Of a stretch of DNA of 64,000 bases, positions 29,726 to 40,449 are shown piece by piece. A program made the position numbers and the translations under genes. The stretch comes from a virus. The stretch spans positions 7,746 to 71,745 of IMG/VR virus record IMGVR_UViG_3300032286_001614; one strand, given 5' to 3'. The notes beneath the pieces were generated by a model. That model made no database searches. It saw only the letters and a program-made list of their open reading frames with translations, and was not told where the DNA came from. The stretch's first letter is position 1, and each line of letters starts with the position of its first letter.

Positions 29726-32408
29726 CTAATAGTGTTTGTAAACGATCACGCAACGATTGAGCTTCAGATTGTGTTAGCTTAGTTCCTTGTATATATGCGG
29801 CAATTCTTGCCGATGAGTATGTTCCAGTATCTATACCACCAGCAATACTTTTTGATGCAAAAAGGCAAGGAACATAAGTTGGTGTATAAACTATCCTATT
29901 TGTACCTCTTGAATTTATTGTTGGGTTTGTGTCATACTGACTCCAATAATACACCGCTGCTGAGTTTGAAGCTGAACATACACCAATAGAAAAGCCTGTA
30001 GGGTCAGCGGGTAATGTTGAGCTGTAAGTACTACTATTCCTACCATAAGCAAAACCAAAACGCACATCTGTTGATTTATAACGAATTGCTATGCTATTTG
30101 AGTTAAGATCGATAGAATTTGCTCCTATTAAACAATCATTACTATTAGAAGTAAGAGATTCAATTAAATATACACCATACGATAAGTTAGCGGTGCTACC
30201 AAAAGAACTTATTGGAGTTAAATTATCTAAATATTTAGAAGATCCATCTCCTTTTAATCCAATACTTGCACCTGTGCTATTGTAATCAGAACTTGTAAAG
30301 TTATTATTAGATAAAGTTCCGTTACCTTTTAATTTTACAAATATATTATTAAAATTACTCTGACCAGCAAAAAGTCCATGATCTACTATTTTGTCCCATA
30401 TACCATCGGCTTTAAGGCCAATAATATAATTAGCAATTGCTGTTTGTCCATTAAAATTATAGGATGTATTTGAAAGATATTTCATTACATCTATATCATA
30501 ATATTCATCAGCATAAGTCGTTGATAATCTTAAATTATAATCAGACAACTGTTTTCCATAATAAATGAAACTGGCAATAGTTCCATTAAAAAAATTATTT
30601 GAACTCAGATTTCCTACAGCTCCAAGAGTTAATCTATCAACAGATGGAATTGCTACTGATAAATCTGAAGAAGTGCTACTACCATCATTTGATATAGATA
30701 CATAATCTTTTGAATATGAAATTGCAAATTTATATGGATTGATTCCAAATAATTTATTTGTTGAAAATTGCATATATTGGCCACCTGCCACAGTATTACC
30801 AATAGCATATATTATATTTTGCGAAGAAGTACTTGTGATAAATGCGCCAAAAGATTCAGTAGCAGCTGAATTACTAATCTGAAATGGAAATAAGAATGCA
30901 GATGATGGTAAAATTTGTAATTGGCTTGCTTCTAAAAGTATAGTTCCTTGAGTTTGATTATACCAAGATGAAAAATTATTTCCAGTTACCTGAATTACAT
31001 CTGCTGCGCGAGTTGTTGTTGCATTAATAGTTGGAATATATGAAGTAATAAATGATCCTGCTTCAAGTTGCATTCCCCAATATAATGCACTAATTGATAC
31101 CCCTGTATTAATTGATAAATCTGATACATTACTCACATGAAACTTTAATCCACTTCCACTTCCAGCCGAAGTAAATAAAGCAGAGATCCTATACCATCCA
31201 TTACCATATGAAGTAATTACTGGACTACTAAACTCAGTTCCAGTTATAGATCCAATTGTTCCATTTAGAATATCAAATGAAATCTGCTGTGTTGATGTAA
31301 CATAATGACCAAATCCAACATATCTTGCACTTTCATATTTAACAAATGCGCTCACTACATAAGCGACAGAGTTTGAAAACTGCGATGTTTCAGCTCTAGC
31401 TTGACTTCCTAATACAGATGTCATTCTTGTGGCATTATTTGTGCCATCTGGTGATATTCCCTGATTTGTAGATAAAGTTACATTTTGTAGATTCAGGTTA
31501 GTTCCGTCTGGGATACTTGGATAAATTAAATTTGTTCGTGATCCCTCTATTAATAAACCTAGTGATGAGTTAGTTAATGGATTATGTGTAAAACGAGGAG
31601 CACTTGCTGCTACATTTGTTGTTTTAACATATTGATTAGCAACCGAACCTGATTCGACCTGCACACGATCTATTGTCATTGTGGTTGCTCCAGATGCAGA
31701 ACCATAAGTATCAAAATAAATAGCTATCCAACTTTGACTTCCAGTAGCTCCTGATGTGACTGTGCGTGAAACACGTTTCCAACCATTCCCTAAATCTGTA
31801 ATTGAGGCATTAGTATCTCCAGTTATAGATCCTGTAGTTATATCAAATGTTGTTTGAGTGATCGTTCCGTTATTACTAAATTCAAAAATAATTTTAGAAG
31901 TTGTTCCAGCTTTAACTATTGCCCATCTAGTTGTTATTGTGTTATTTGTAACAGAAACTGCATTTGATAAATAACTACCAACACCTGCTTGACAAGTAAA
32001 AAGACAAGCATTATTAGGTAATCCATTAAACCCTACTTGATTTTTAACACATGTAGATGTTCCAGATTTGGACCAATTTGCTGTATCAAAATCTTCACTG
32101 TATGTTTGAAGATTTGAAGGGATTAACTCAATTAATCCAGAACTGTTTACTTGAGTTCCACCACTACCTCTTGAAAAAGAAATTTGAGGTCCATTTTTAT
32201 CTGGATTTAAAGTTTTTAAATTAGCAAAATTTCTATAAAAAGATATATTTTTCCATATACCTAATCTTTTTTGTATTGTTATATTTCTATGAATATCAAA
32301 TAATTGATTTAATGTAACTACTTGTCCATTATTCATGGATTGAGTTACTAATCTTTTTGCATCATTATCTATTCCATGCGCACGATAGCGAGGAGAAAGA
32401 CGACTCAT
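29703..32408 (-). CDS. virion fibre/spike protein, paralog of 27020-28915 with extra C-terminal domain
   Basis: GLLIEGSRTNL, NGWYRIS, QLEAGSFITSYIPT..TRAAD. Confidence 0.75.
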   Translation of the reverse strand: MSRLSPRYRAHGIDNDAKRLVTQSMNNGQVVTLNQLFDIHRNITIQKRLGIWKNISFYRNFANLKTLNPDKNGPQISFSRGSGGTQVNSSGLIELIPSNLQTYSEDFDTANWSKSGTSTCVKNQVGFNGLPNNACLFTCQAGVGSYLSNAVSVTNNTITTRWAIVKAGTTSKIIFEFSNNGTITQTTFDITTGSITGDTNASITDLGNGWKRVSRTVTSGATGSQSWIAIYFDTYGSASGATTMTIDRVQVESGSVANQYVKTTNVAASAPRFTHNPLTNSSLGLLIEGSRTNLIYPSIPDGTNLNLQNVTLSTNQGISPDGTNNATRMTSVLGSQARAETSQFSNSVAYVVSAFVKYESARYVGFGHYVTSTQQISFDILNGTIGSITGTEFSSPVITSYGNGWYRISALFTSAGSGSGLKFHVSNVSDLSINTGVSISALYWGMQLEAGSFITSYIPTINATTTRAADVIQVTGNNFSSWYNQTQGTILLEASQLQILPSSAFLFPFQISNSAATESFGAFITSTSSQNIIYAIGNTVAGGQYMQFSTNKLFGINPYKFAISYSKDYVSISNDGSSTSSDLSVAIPSVDRLTLGAVGNLSSNNFFNGTIASFIYYGKQLSDYNLRLSTTYADEYYDIDVMKYLSNTSYNFNGQTAIANYIIGLKADGIWDKIVDHGLFAGQSNFNNIFVKLKGNGTLSNNNFTSSDYNSTGASIGLKGDGSSKYLDNLTPISSFGSTANLSYGVYLIESLTSNSNDCLIGANSIDLNSNSIAIRYKSTDVRFGFAYGRNSSTYSSTLPADPTGFSIGVCSASNSAAVYYWSQYDTNPTINSRGTNRIVYTPTYVPCLFASKSIAGGIDTGTYSSARIAAYIQGTKLTQSEAQSLRDRLQTLLVALGYTF

Positions 32409-32421
32409 ATCAAAAGAATAA

Positions 32422-33237
32422 TTAAGTTAACTCCCAGATGATAAGAGAAGTTCCGCTTACTGAAACATCCCCTAAATAACGATCATCGCTAAAACTTTGA
32501 CCACCTTGACCAGTAACAGAACTTTGATTTAATATAAAATTAAAAGATCCAGTAGATGCGGGAGAAGAAGAAAGTCTTACATATAATGGATTGCTTGGAG
32601 AAGTATTTTGAACATACCAAAATTTTCTTGCATTATTTGCATAAAGAGCAATTCCAGTTTGTAATGCAGAAGATCCAAAAGATCCAGAAATAGAAGAATT
32701 ACTAACTAATGTTCCCTGTGGATTATAAGCTGTAACTGTATCATATTGATAATTTAAGTCAGTGCCTTCAGTAAGAACTGCTCCATTAACTTTATCAATA
32801 TTTAAAATAGAACTTGCTCCACTGCCATAAGTTGGATTAAAACCACTTAAAACATCAACAGCTCTTCCACCAATTGCCATGAAGTTGGTTGGAGAATAAC
32901 CACTTGCATTATCAATACGAATTCCAGTAACACCAATAAAACTATTTATTAATCTACCACTAATTGATGCTAAAAATAAAGTTCCACTTGTGTTAATTGA
33001 TTCAAGTTGATCGGTATTTAAATTTATCCCAGAAAGATTTACAGAATCAATACTAATATCGCTAGTCAAAGCTACTTTTAACGAGCCATCTGGATTAATT
33101 TGTAATGAAGACCATGCACCAGTTTGAGGATTTTGCGCTCCTGTGATTACAGCGGTTTGATCCCATCCATAAAGTGCCGATACGTTTTTAACTCCTTCTG
33201 GGGGAGCGGAATAATCTCTATTTCTTGAAGTGGCCAT
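32422..33237 (-). CDS. putative virion protein
   Basis: 271 aa S/G/T-rich, GTGTA motif upstream. Confidence 0.55.
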   Translation of the reverse strand: MATSRNRDYSAPPEGVKNVSALYGWDQTAVITGAQNPQTGAWSSLQINPDGSLKVALTSDISIDSVNLSGINLNTDQLESINTSGTLFLASISGRLINSFIGVTGIRIDNASGYSPTNFMAIGGRAVDVLSGFNPTYGSGASSILNIDKVNGAVLTEGTDLNYQYDTVTAYNPQGTLVSNSSISGSFGSSALQTGIALYANNARKFWYVQNTSPSNPLYVRLSSSPASTGSFNFILNQSSVTGQGGQSFSDDRYLGDVSVSGTSLIIWELT

Positions 33238-33286
33238 TGTAAAATAATTATAAGGTTAGTAAAGCTAAACAAATATTACACTTTTT

Positions 33287-33706
33287 TTATGTGAAATAAT
33301 ATTTTTTCCAAAATTCAATACTTTCATTAAAACCTTCATCAGTAAGCTCTCTTGGAGAATATTTAATACCCCACATTTTTAATAATTTAAGAGAGTTTTT
33401 TATTGCACTCATTTCAGCTTCTATGATTAAATCTAAATCACTTTCTACTAAATGTTCTTCAAAAAATTTACGAAATTTACCATCTCTATAATCATTAAAA
33501 TGTTGAAGTTCATGACATAAAACAGCACATCCATGATAAGTATATTTTATATCTTTATTTATTGTTATGATTATTTTTTTACAATCAAATAATCCATCGG
33601 CTCCATTATTCATTTCTCTATGATAAACTTTTATTCCTTTGCTTTTTATATGACAAAGGATTGCGTTATAAGGAGCCTTTGGATTTAACCATCCCATTTT
33701 ATTCAA
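33287..33706 (-). CDS. HExxH metallopeptidase-like protein
   Basis: LCHELQH plus downstream E (AEMSA). Confidence 0.65.
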   Translation of the reverse strand: MNKMGWLNPKAPYNAILCHIKSKGIKVYHREMNNGADGLFDCKKIIITINKDIKYTYHGCAVLCHELQHFNDYRDGKFRKFFEEHLVESDLDLIIEAEMSAIKNSLKLLKMWGIKYSPRELTDEGFNESIEFWKKYYFT

Positions 33707-34481
33707 TTGATGGATCGTATACGCCTTCTATTCTATCTAGAATATAGCCAAGAATAGGACTTCTAACGATATCTTTTCTAGTAAAAGAAAGCGCATAAAT
33801 TCCATAATTCATACTCTCTTGATTATTAAATAAATCAAAATATCTTATAAATTCAACTGGACCTCTAATATCAGCCTGAGATTCATCAGCTAAAAATATT
33901 AACTTTCCATATTTTCCTAAGCGACTAATGATTACTTTCATTTCGACTGGACCTAGATTTTGAGCTTCATCAACAATAACGAAACGAGCATTCCAATTTT
34001 GTCCACGAAGAAAGTTTGGGACTGTTCCGGCTATTCTATTTTCTTTAAGAAGCATTTCAGCTTCATTTTTTGGTAATAATTCTTCAATTTTATCATAAAG
34101 AGGTGCTAAATAAGCATTTGTTTTTTCTGCTTCAGTGCCGGGTAAGTGACCTATACTTTTGCCTACTTCAATTGGTGCTCTAATATATAAAATATCTGAT
34201 TGTTGTTTATTACTAAGAGCAATTAAAGCAGCGTAAACAGCTAAAAATGTTTTAGAGCTACCTGCTGGACCTTTAAGGAAAACAACATTCGTTTTTTTAT
34301 CTAAAATTACATCAAGAAATTTTTTTTGCTTCTCTGTAATATCTTCTCTATGATATATAGATAATTCTTGTTTTAATTTATCTCTTTGTGGTATTTTTTG
34401 AGATCTATCTTTTTTTACTACTTCCGAATCTGTGAATACTTCTTCTTTGATTTGTTTTTTCTTAGACATAAGTTTTATCAA
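33699..34481 (-). CDS. phoH: PhoH-family ATPase
   Basis: GPAGSSKT, IGHLPG, FLRG, IVDEAQN, SRLG, DIVRS motifs. Confidence 0.92.
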   Translation of the reverse strand: MIKLMSKKKQIKEEVFTDSEVVKKDRSQKIPQRDKLKQELSIYHREDITEKQKKFLDVILDKKTNVVFLKGPAGSSKTFLAVYAALIALSNKQQSDILYIRAPIEVGKSIGHLPGTEAEKTNAYLAPLYDKIEELLPKNEAEMLLKENRIAGTVPNFLRGQNWNARFVIVDEAQNLGPVEMKVIISRLGKYGKLIFLADESQADIRGPVEFIRYFDLFNNQESMNYGIYALSFTRKDIVRSPILGYILDRIEGVYDPSIE

Positions 34482-34618
34482 CGAAAAATACCCTTAATAA
34501 GATTGATTATTTTAATTATTTTTTCTTTTTTAAAAGCCTATTTAATATGGTGTAATTACTTTGTCTAAAAAAAACTTGACTTGAATGCATTAAAATTTGT
34601 ATTATTATATATACTATT

Positions 34619-35278
34619 ATGATAATCACAGCAAATGCTCCAGAAAATATTATCGAACATCCTGAAGATGGTCCAGCTAGATTTGCTAGACCAAAATACA
34701 TAACAGTTCAAGAATTCGATGAATCAACAGCGACAAGATTTACAGAAGGATTTAACTATTTGCTTAATCAACATCAATCTGTAATACCAATCTACATTTC
34801 ATCACCAGGTGGCGCAATATTTAGTTTAATGGGTATTCGTGACTTAATTGCTTGCTCACCAAAGCCAGTTATCACATTTACTGCTTCAATGGCAGCTAGT
34901 TGTGGTGCGCTATTATTAGCTCTTGGAACTAAAGGATATAGATATGCTTCACCAAACGCAATGATTCTTGTCCATGAAGCAAGCACAGCCTCAGAAGGCA
35001 AAACATCTGAAATTATCAATGAAGCTTTATATATTAAAAAGTTAAATGATGAATTACTAGAATTATTAGCTCAAAATTCTAATAAATCAAAAGATTTCTA
35101 TCAAAAACTTATTAAGAAAAATAATAATGCGGATTTATTCATTACTCCCACTCAAGCTAAAGAATGGGGAATCATAGATCATATTGCTGTTCCTAATATA
35201 GAAATGAATATCAGTGTGGACTATAAAGTAAAACCTCTTTATCCAAATAAGATAGAAAAAATAAAAAAAGTAAGATAA
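34619..35278 (+). CDS. clpP: ClpP-family protease
   Basis: YISSPGG, AASCG (Ser), ILVHE (His), DLFITPTQAKEWGIIDHI. Confidence 0.9.
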   Translation: MIITANAPENIIEHPEDGPARFARPKYITVQEFDESTATRFTEGFNYLLNQHQSVIPIYISSPGGAIFSLMGIRDLIACSPKPVITFTASMAASCGALLLALGTKGYRYASPNAMILVHEASTASEGKTSEIINEALYIKKLNDELLELLAQNSNKSKDFYQKLIKKNNNADLFITPTQAKEWGIIDHIAVPNIEMNISVDYKVKPLYPNKIEKIKKVR

Positions 35279-35426
35279 TATAGTGACATTATGGCACAAA
35301 AATAATCGCTAAATATTTTATTGATTATTTATTTATATTTATGTAAACTATTACAATCAAATAATTTACATAAATTAAAATAGCCAAAATTATCGCTGGT
35401 ATATAAATAGCTAAAATATTTTTACT

Positions 35427-35828
35427 ATGTATAATAATATATTACAAGAAAATAACTGCAAAAACGAAAATTCAATAATCAACAATGATTTTAATTCTTT
35501 TGATGATTTTTTTAATAAAAGTTTTGAAAAATTAAATTATTCATATTCATCACGTTTAAAATTAAAGGAAATAGATTCTAATTATGAATTTGCAATTGAT
35601 CTTCCTGGCTATTGTAATAAAGATATTGAAACATCAATTGATAATTATATTTTAACTATTATTGCAAAAAATGAAAAACGTGGCGAAATAAAAAGAAATG
35701 TTTCTATTTCATCTATAAAAGATAATATTGATATAGAAAAAATTTCTGGAAAAATAGAAAATGGTGTTTTGACTATTAAATTAGGCAAAATAGATAAGGA
35801 AAAATCTAAAAAAATAAAAATTGATTAA
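35427..35828 (+). CDS. small heat-shock protein (Hsp20)
   Basis: IDLPG...ENGVLTI alpha-crystallin motifs. Confidence 0.88.
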   Translation: MYNNILQENNCKNENSIINNDFNSFDDFFNKSFEKLNYSYSSRLKLKEIDSNYEFAIDLPGYCNKDIETSIDNYILTIIAKNEKRGEIKRNVSISSIKDNIDIEKISGKIENGVLTIKLGKIDKEKSKKIKID

Positions 35829-35830
35829 AT

Positions 35831-35859
35831 AAATCCTAGTCAAAAAACTGGGATTTTTT
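35831..35859 (+). terminator. intrinsic terminator after Hsp20 gene
   Basis: AAATCCTAGT/ACTGGGATTT stem plus T-run. Confidence 0.7.
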
Positions 35860-35914
35860 ATAAAATTTATAAAAAAATTGACATATTATCTGTAAAATAT
35901 ATATATCATATGAT

Positions 35915-36214
35915 ATGGATTCAAAAAAATCTTGGCGTGAAAGAGATAAATGGTTAGAAATGGTTGGAGTATCTACTGATGATTTACTAAATGGATCTTA
36001 TTATATAGAAAAACTTAAATATCCACCTTGGGATAAAAGAAATAATGGAAAATCAGATCAGGATACTGAGTTAAATAACAAAATTGGATATGGGAAATAT
36101 GCACAAAAAAGTTATGAATGGGTAAAGAAAAATGATTCGCGCTACTTTGATTGGATGTGTGAAAATATAAATAAATTTAGAATTGAAGCAGAAAAATTAC
36201 AACTAATAGATTAA
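35915..36214 (+). CDS. hypothetical protein with GKY...YxxW small domain
   Basis: IGYGKYAQKSYEWV...DSRYFDWM; upstream TTGACA. Confidence 0.65.
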   Translation: MDSKKSWRERDKWLEMVGVSTDDLLNGSYYIEKLKYPPWDKRNNGKSDQDTELNNKIGYGKYAQKSYEWVKKNDSRYFDWMCENINKFRIEAEKLQLID

Positions 36215-36228
36215 TTTAATATAAAAAA

Positions 36229-36657
36229 ATGAAAAATGAAAATAAAGAAAGTGTCCAACGTGAACCAGAAGAATTGGTAAGTTCATCAAAATACTTACTT
36301 GAATTAATCCAGATGGATTTAAATTTTGGGCGTAATGATACTATTGCTGCGCGAGCAAAAGCAGCTTTTGAATTAATCTATGAATTAGCTAATTTATATC
36401 AAGAAAAATCAAAAAAAGAAATAAATGCAGAAGATGCTATAGATTATTATCAGCAAAATGGATTTTCTTTTGAAAAACCAAGATCAGTAGGGCTTTATTC
36501 TTTTGTTTGCAAAGATTTTGATTGGGAACAAACGCTCGTAGCTATAACAAAAAATGATTATCAAATTTTAAATGTTCACTGTGCTAAAATAGGCGAAAAA
36601 TCTGTTGATCAATATTCAAATGATGTTAAATTTCCAATGTGGAAAAAATTAGCTTGA
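36229..36657 (+). CDS. hypothetical protein
   Basis: 142-aa ORF. Confidence 0.65.
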   Translation: MKNENKESVQREPEELVSSSKYLLELIQMDLNFGRNDTIAARAKAAFELIYELANLYQEKSKKEINAEDAIDYYQQNGFSFEKPRSVGLYSFVCKDFDWEQTLVAITKNDYQILNVHCAKIGEKSVDQYSNDVKFPMWKKLA

Positions 36658-37062
36658 TTTAACATGATTGGAAAATTCGTAACCTGATTGTTGCGCCATA
36701 AAAAGAATAAAATCATGAATTGTTTTACATTTAGCCATTACTCCTACATTATTAAAATCTTCTTCGGTTAAATCAAATCCTTCCAGTATCATCCATTTTA
36801 TTCTTCCGAAATCTTTTACTAAAAAGAATATTGAATTTGTATGTAAATCACGACCAACAAATCCAATTAGCCCACATTTTTTATTTTTAATTGTATAATA
36901 ATAACTTTTTTTAATTTTTATTTCTAAAATTTCTAAAAATTTTAATAAATTATAAGTATTAATAAGACTAAGTTGCAAAGTTCTAATTTGATCATAAAGT
37001 TCTTTATCTTCAAATTCAGATTTTAAGATTAGGCCATGTATTTCTGTTGGTTTTTTTGCCAC
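36649..37062 (-). CDS. hypothetical protein
   Basis: 137-aa ORF, GTGTA motif upstream. Confidence 0.6.
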   Translation of the reverse strand: MAKKPTEIHGLILKSEFEDKELYDQIRTLQLSLINTYNLLKFLEILEIKIKKSYYYTIKNKKCGLIGFVGRDLHTNSIFFLVKDFGRIKWMILEGFDLTEEDFNNVGVMAKCKTIHDFILFMAQQSGYEFSNHVKSS

Positions 37063-37296
37063 ATTTGATTTTACACTTTACGTGGACGCTTTATTAAAAA
37101 AAGCATTATTAAAAATATTCCCATAATTAAGCCATAACAAGAAGATTCGGGCATAACTTGAAAAGGTGGACATTTTTTTGATTAAAATCAAACGGCTCAC
37201 CAGAATATTCTATAACTATATTTTCTTTTTGTTCTTCCATAATACAATATACTATATTAAAGCTTATTTGAGTTAAATGCAAGAAAAATAATTAAT

Positions 37297-38355
37297 TTAT
37301 TTTCTTTGATAATCTTTTAATATTTCATCTATATGTTTTATAACGGATAAATCATCTACTTTTGTTCCATCTTTTTGATATTTTGTATTCCATTCAGAAA
37401 GAACTGGTTTTAATTCATTATATAAATCGGGCTTATCGTCTTTAATATCTTGCAAAGCATTTATTAAATTTTCATTAGTTTTATTACTAACCGTATGTCT
37501 TATTATTATTAAATAAGCAACATAAGCAAGACCGCATAAGAGAATAATATTAATATGAAGCGGCTGAATAAAAGGGATTGCTAAAGCAATTGCCCCAGTA
37601 ATTGCGCTAAAATACCCAGACTCTTTTCTAAAGAGCGGTAAATATATTGCGACTAATAATCCAGCAAGAGAACAAATGCCAAGGGTAGTCATTATTAATT
37701 TTTTATTTGATTCAATATATTTTTTATCTTCAGCATTTGATTTTTCTTTATCAATTAATTTATCATTAATATTATTTAATTCTTGTTGTTTATTGAATAA
37801 TTTTTCATTCCCCGCACGTTCTATTTCTGATTTTTCCGCCTCAATTTTTTTGACAAGCTCTTCCTTCTCTTTGCTCGCGGCTACAAGTTCGGCATTTTTC
37901 TTGATAATTTTATCATTAGTTTTCTTTAAATCATCTAAAGAGGTAACTTTTTCATCCAATTCCCTAGTTAAGCGAATATTTTCTTGATTAACTGCCTCTA
38001 AAGTCGGGCCGAGACCCAAAGACGCGAGTGCTTCCTTAACTCTATTGTTAACTATAATATCTAATCTAGTAGGGATTTTATAAAACTTAAATGCATTATC
38101 TGCCGCCCAAACACTATTCGCGGCTGACTGTAACTGATTATTCTTATTAAGGATAACATTGTTAAGACTTTCTTTAATCTCAATTTCCTTTTTATCAAGC
38201 GCAATTTTATTATTTGCTTGTATTTTATTTATTTCCTCTTGAATAACATCCTTCTTAACATAGCCCACTTTATTCAAAAAAGATTGACACCCCCCGGTTA
38301 AGATTACGAATGATAAAAATATTATGGAATATAATATGCGTTTGTTAGTATTCAT
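37297..38355 (-). CDS. lipoprotein with coiled coil and C-terminal membrane helices (possible spanin/lysis protein)
   Basis: Signal peptide ending LTGGC, long coiled coil, about three hydrophobic segments. Confidence 0.6.
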   Translation of the reverse strand: MNTNKRILYSIIFLSFVILTGGCQSFLNKVGYVKKDVIQEEINKIQANNKIALDKKEIEIKESLNNVILNKNNQLQSAANSVWAADNAFKFYKIPTRLDIIVNNRVKEALASLGLGPTLEAVNQENIRLTRELDEKVTSLDDLKKTNDKIIKKNAELVAASKEKEELVKKIEAEKSEIERAGNEKLFNKQQELNNINDKLIDKEKSNAEDKKYIESNKKLIMTTLGICSLAGLLVAIYLPLFRKESGYFSAITGAIALAIPFIQPLHINIILLCGLAYVAYLIIIRHTVSNKTNENLINALQDIKDDKPDLYNELKPVLSEWNTKYQKDGTKVDDLSVIKHIDEILKDYQRK

Positions 38356-38704
38356 TTAACTTTAAGTTACACTTATATATGTATATTGATTGTTCGATAA
38401 AGGTTTAATTTAAAATTCAACCGGGGATTTTTTCAAATCTACTTTATTAACAGATACCTGTTAATGATTAGATTTTACAAAAAGGGGTATCCCCCTTTTA
38501 AGATATGTATAGGGTATATAGAACATTTATTGAGGGAGAATAATAAAGCAAAAACTCATCCTGAAGTTGATTAAAGCTTTTTTTCATTAAAAACTTAAAA
38601 TAGTTGAATAAACGGATTTTTCCGTTACATATTGAGAATAGTTCAATAAACACGTTTTTTTAGTAGAAATTGAGAATAAGGCCCGCCCGCTGGTTTGTCC
38701 GCCC

Positions 38705-38814
38705 TACGTAGTTCTACGTATTCAAAAACGGGGTATGGGTAGAAATACGTATCCCAAACCTTATACGTAGTGATACGTAGCTATTTTGGGTGTCGGACTA
38801 CGTATTTACACCCA
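38705..38814. repeat. cluster of four 16-bp palindromic TRSGTA-N4-YACSYA sites (six TACGTA hexamers)
   Basis: TACGTA at 38705, 38715, 38746, 38764, 38774, 38799. Confidence 0.85.
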
Positions 38815-39011
38815 CTTTTTTACACCTGTAAATGAATTGTAAAAAATTGATTCTATGGGGTTTTTAGACGTTTTTAAGGGTGAACCTATACGAAGGCATA
38901 CCCCGCAAAAGAAAACGCCTTAAAACGCAAGGAAAGGCCATTTGCTGCGATTTGCAATTTTATGGCGAAAAGGCCATTTTTCTAGGTGTTTCTACGTATT
39001 GGGAGGACATG

Positions 39012-39043
39012 AAAAACCCCGCCCTATTTAATAGAGCGGGACT
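39012..39043 (-). terminator. intrinsic terminator, near-identical copies at about 40682 and 41103
   Basis: CCCGCCCTATTTAATAGAGCGGG hairpin with A-run on plus strand. Confidence 0.75.
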
Positions 39044-39102
39044 TGTTTTTTATATTTGCCTAGTTATTAAACACCCAATCAATATTAATATTATTATTAA
39101 TA

Positions 39103-39591
39103 TCATTTGCGAGCGGGAAAAAGAGTTTCGTTTTCCTTTACAAACGAATATAATGTTTGATAAGAATAAAAGTTTAACTCTTTTTCAATCTCCGAAACTT
39201 GTTTACCCGCTTTATATAAAGCTTGCGCTTGTTTGATAAAATTTTGCGCTTTCACGTTTTCTTTATCATTCAAATCACCTTTGGTAAACTTTACCTTTGA
39301 AGATTCTACCTCTTCATTATTCATTCTCCGGCAAATTATTGCGAGGTTTTCAATCCCGCCTAAAGCGGGTGCAATCTCGCAAAGGATAATGCGGGAAAAT
39401 TTTTCCTCGTTATTGCCATGAGTTTCCTCATGCTTTCGTTTGGATTCTTCCAAGGCGGATTCTATAAACTTTTCTGGCAATCCCGCTTCGACAAAAGCTT
39501 TTCGCAAACCTTCACCATTGAAAACCGGAGAAGCGGGAATGCTTTTCAAAGCTTTCATGGCATTAGACAAGGCATTAATAATATCTTTCAT
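39103..39591 (-). CDS. putative HTH DNA-binding protein, paralog of 46162-46653
   Basis: C-terminal QVSEIEKELNFYSYQTLYSF HTH-like motif; clear similarity to paralog. Confidence 0.7.
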   Translation of the reverse strand: MKDIINALSNAMKALKSIPASPVFNGEGLRKAFVEAGLPEKFIESALEESKRKHEETHGNNEEKFSRIILCEIAPALGGIENLAIICRRMNNEEVESSKVKFTKGDLNDKENVKAQNFIKQAQALYKAGKQVSEIEKELNFYSYQTLYSFVKENETLFPARK

Positions 39592-40091
39592 GATAATAAT
39601 CTTTCAATAATAAAAAACCTTTCAACGCGAAAGGTAGCGTTTCGTTTTTCAACGCACAAACGAACAAAGCGGAAAACTCTCAAAGAACGTGTTGGAATCA
39701 CTTCCAACAAATAAGAGGAAAAACTTTTCCGCCGAAAGCTCAAGATCTTTTTCAAAAAACTTTTATGCGTAGAAACACGTATCTTTTCGCGTGAAAGGAA
39801 AACCGGTTGGAAGGCAAATCTTTTCCTAAAAAAAGAAAAGCCATAAGATATTCTAATAGTGAATTAAGGATAAATAATATGTAAAGTTACGATTACTATA
39901 TATACAAGTTACTATTTATTTATTTGTATTTCGTATTTATTTATTCCTATTTATTATTTTGTTATTTTGTTATTTGTATTTAGTATTTCTTTATTAATAT
40001 TTCATATTTGATATTTATTTTTTATTAATATTTATTTGGACACAAAAAAAAGCGACTCCTTTTTTGGAGCCGCTTGTTATTTAATGATCTG

Positions 40092-40295
40092 TTAGAACAA
40101 ATTGATCGATATATTCTGACGGTCATCCGATGTTAAACATACGAAATCAAAAAAGTTTTTTTGAGAAAAAGTCCTCTTTTTTTCTCCAAACTTTTCCGTT
40201 ATTTTCTTTATTAACGGGAACTTTCCATTTATTACCAAACGATTGGTAACTTTTTTTCCGGTTGCACCAGCTGATTTTACGATCTTGATTTTCAT
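40092..40295 (-). CDS. small early-type hypothetical protein
   Basis: Start corrected to MKIKIVK; own promoter and terminator (40045-40075). Confidence 0.65.
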   Translation of the reverse strand: MKIKIVKSAGATGKKVTNRLVINGKFPLIKKITEKFGEKKRTFSQKNFFDFVCLTSDDRQNISINLF

Positions 40296-40449
40296 TTTGT
40301 TTTTTGGTTTTGATAGGTTGGGTTGACGAATAAGAACATACATCATTTACGGGTTAAAACAAGCTTTTTTTTTATTTTTTTAAGTATTATTTTTTTATTT
40401 TTTTTAAAAAAATGCTTGTTTTTTCCGATGGATATGCTATCTTATTATT

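Noticed and set aside
8945-32408. Diversity-generating retroelement acting on paralogous fibre or virion genes
   Set aside because: No reverse transcriptase seen and paralog differences are not adenine-specific
2701-37987. Short plus-strand ORFs antisense to structural genes
   Set aside because: Fully nested opposite long, well-supported genes
38880-39714. Plus-strand track ORFs 38880-39236, 39233-39421, 39418-39714
   Set aside because: They overlap a terminator, palindromes or the real minus-strand gene; shadow ORFs
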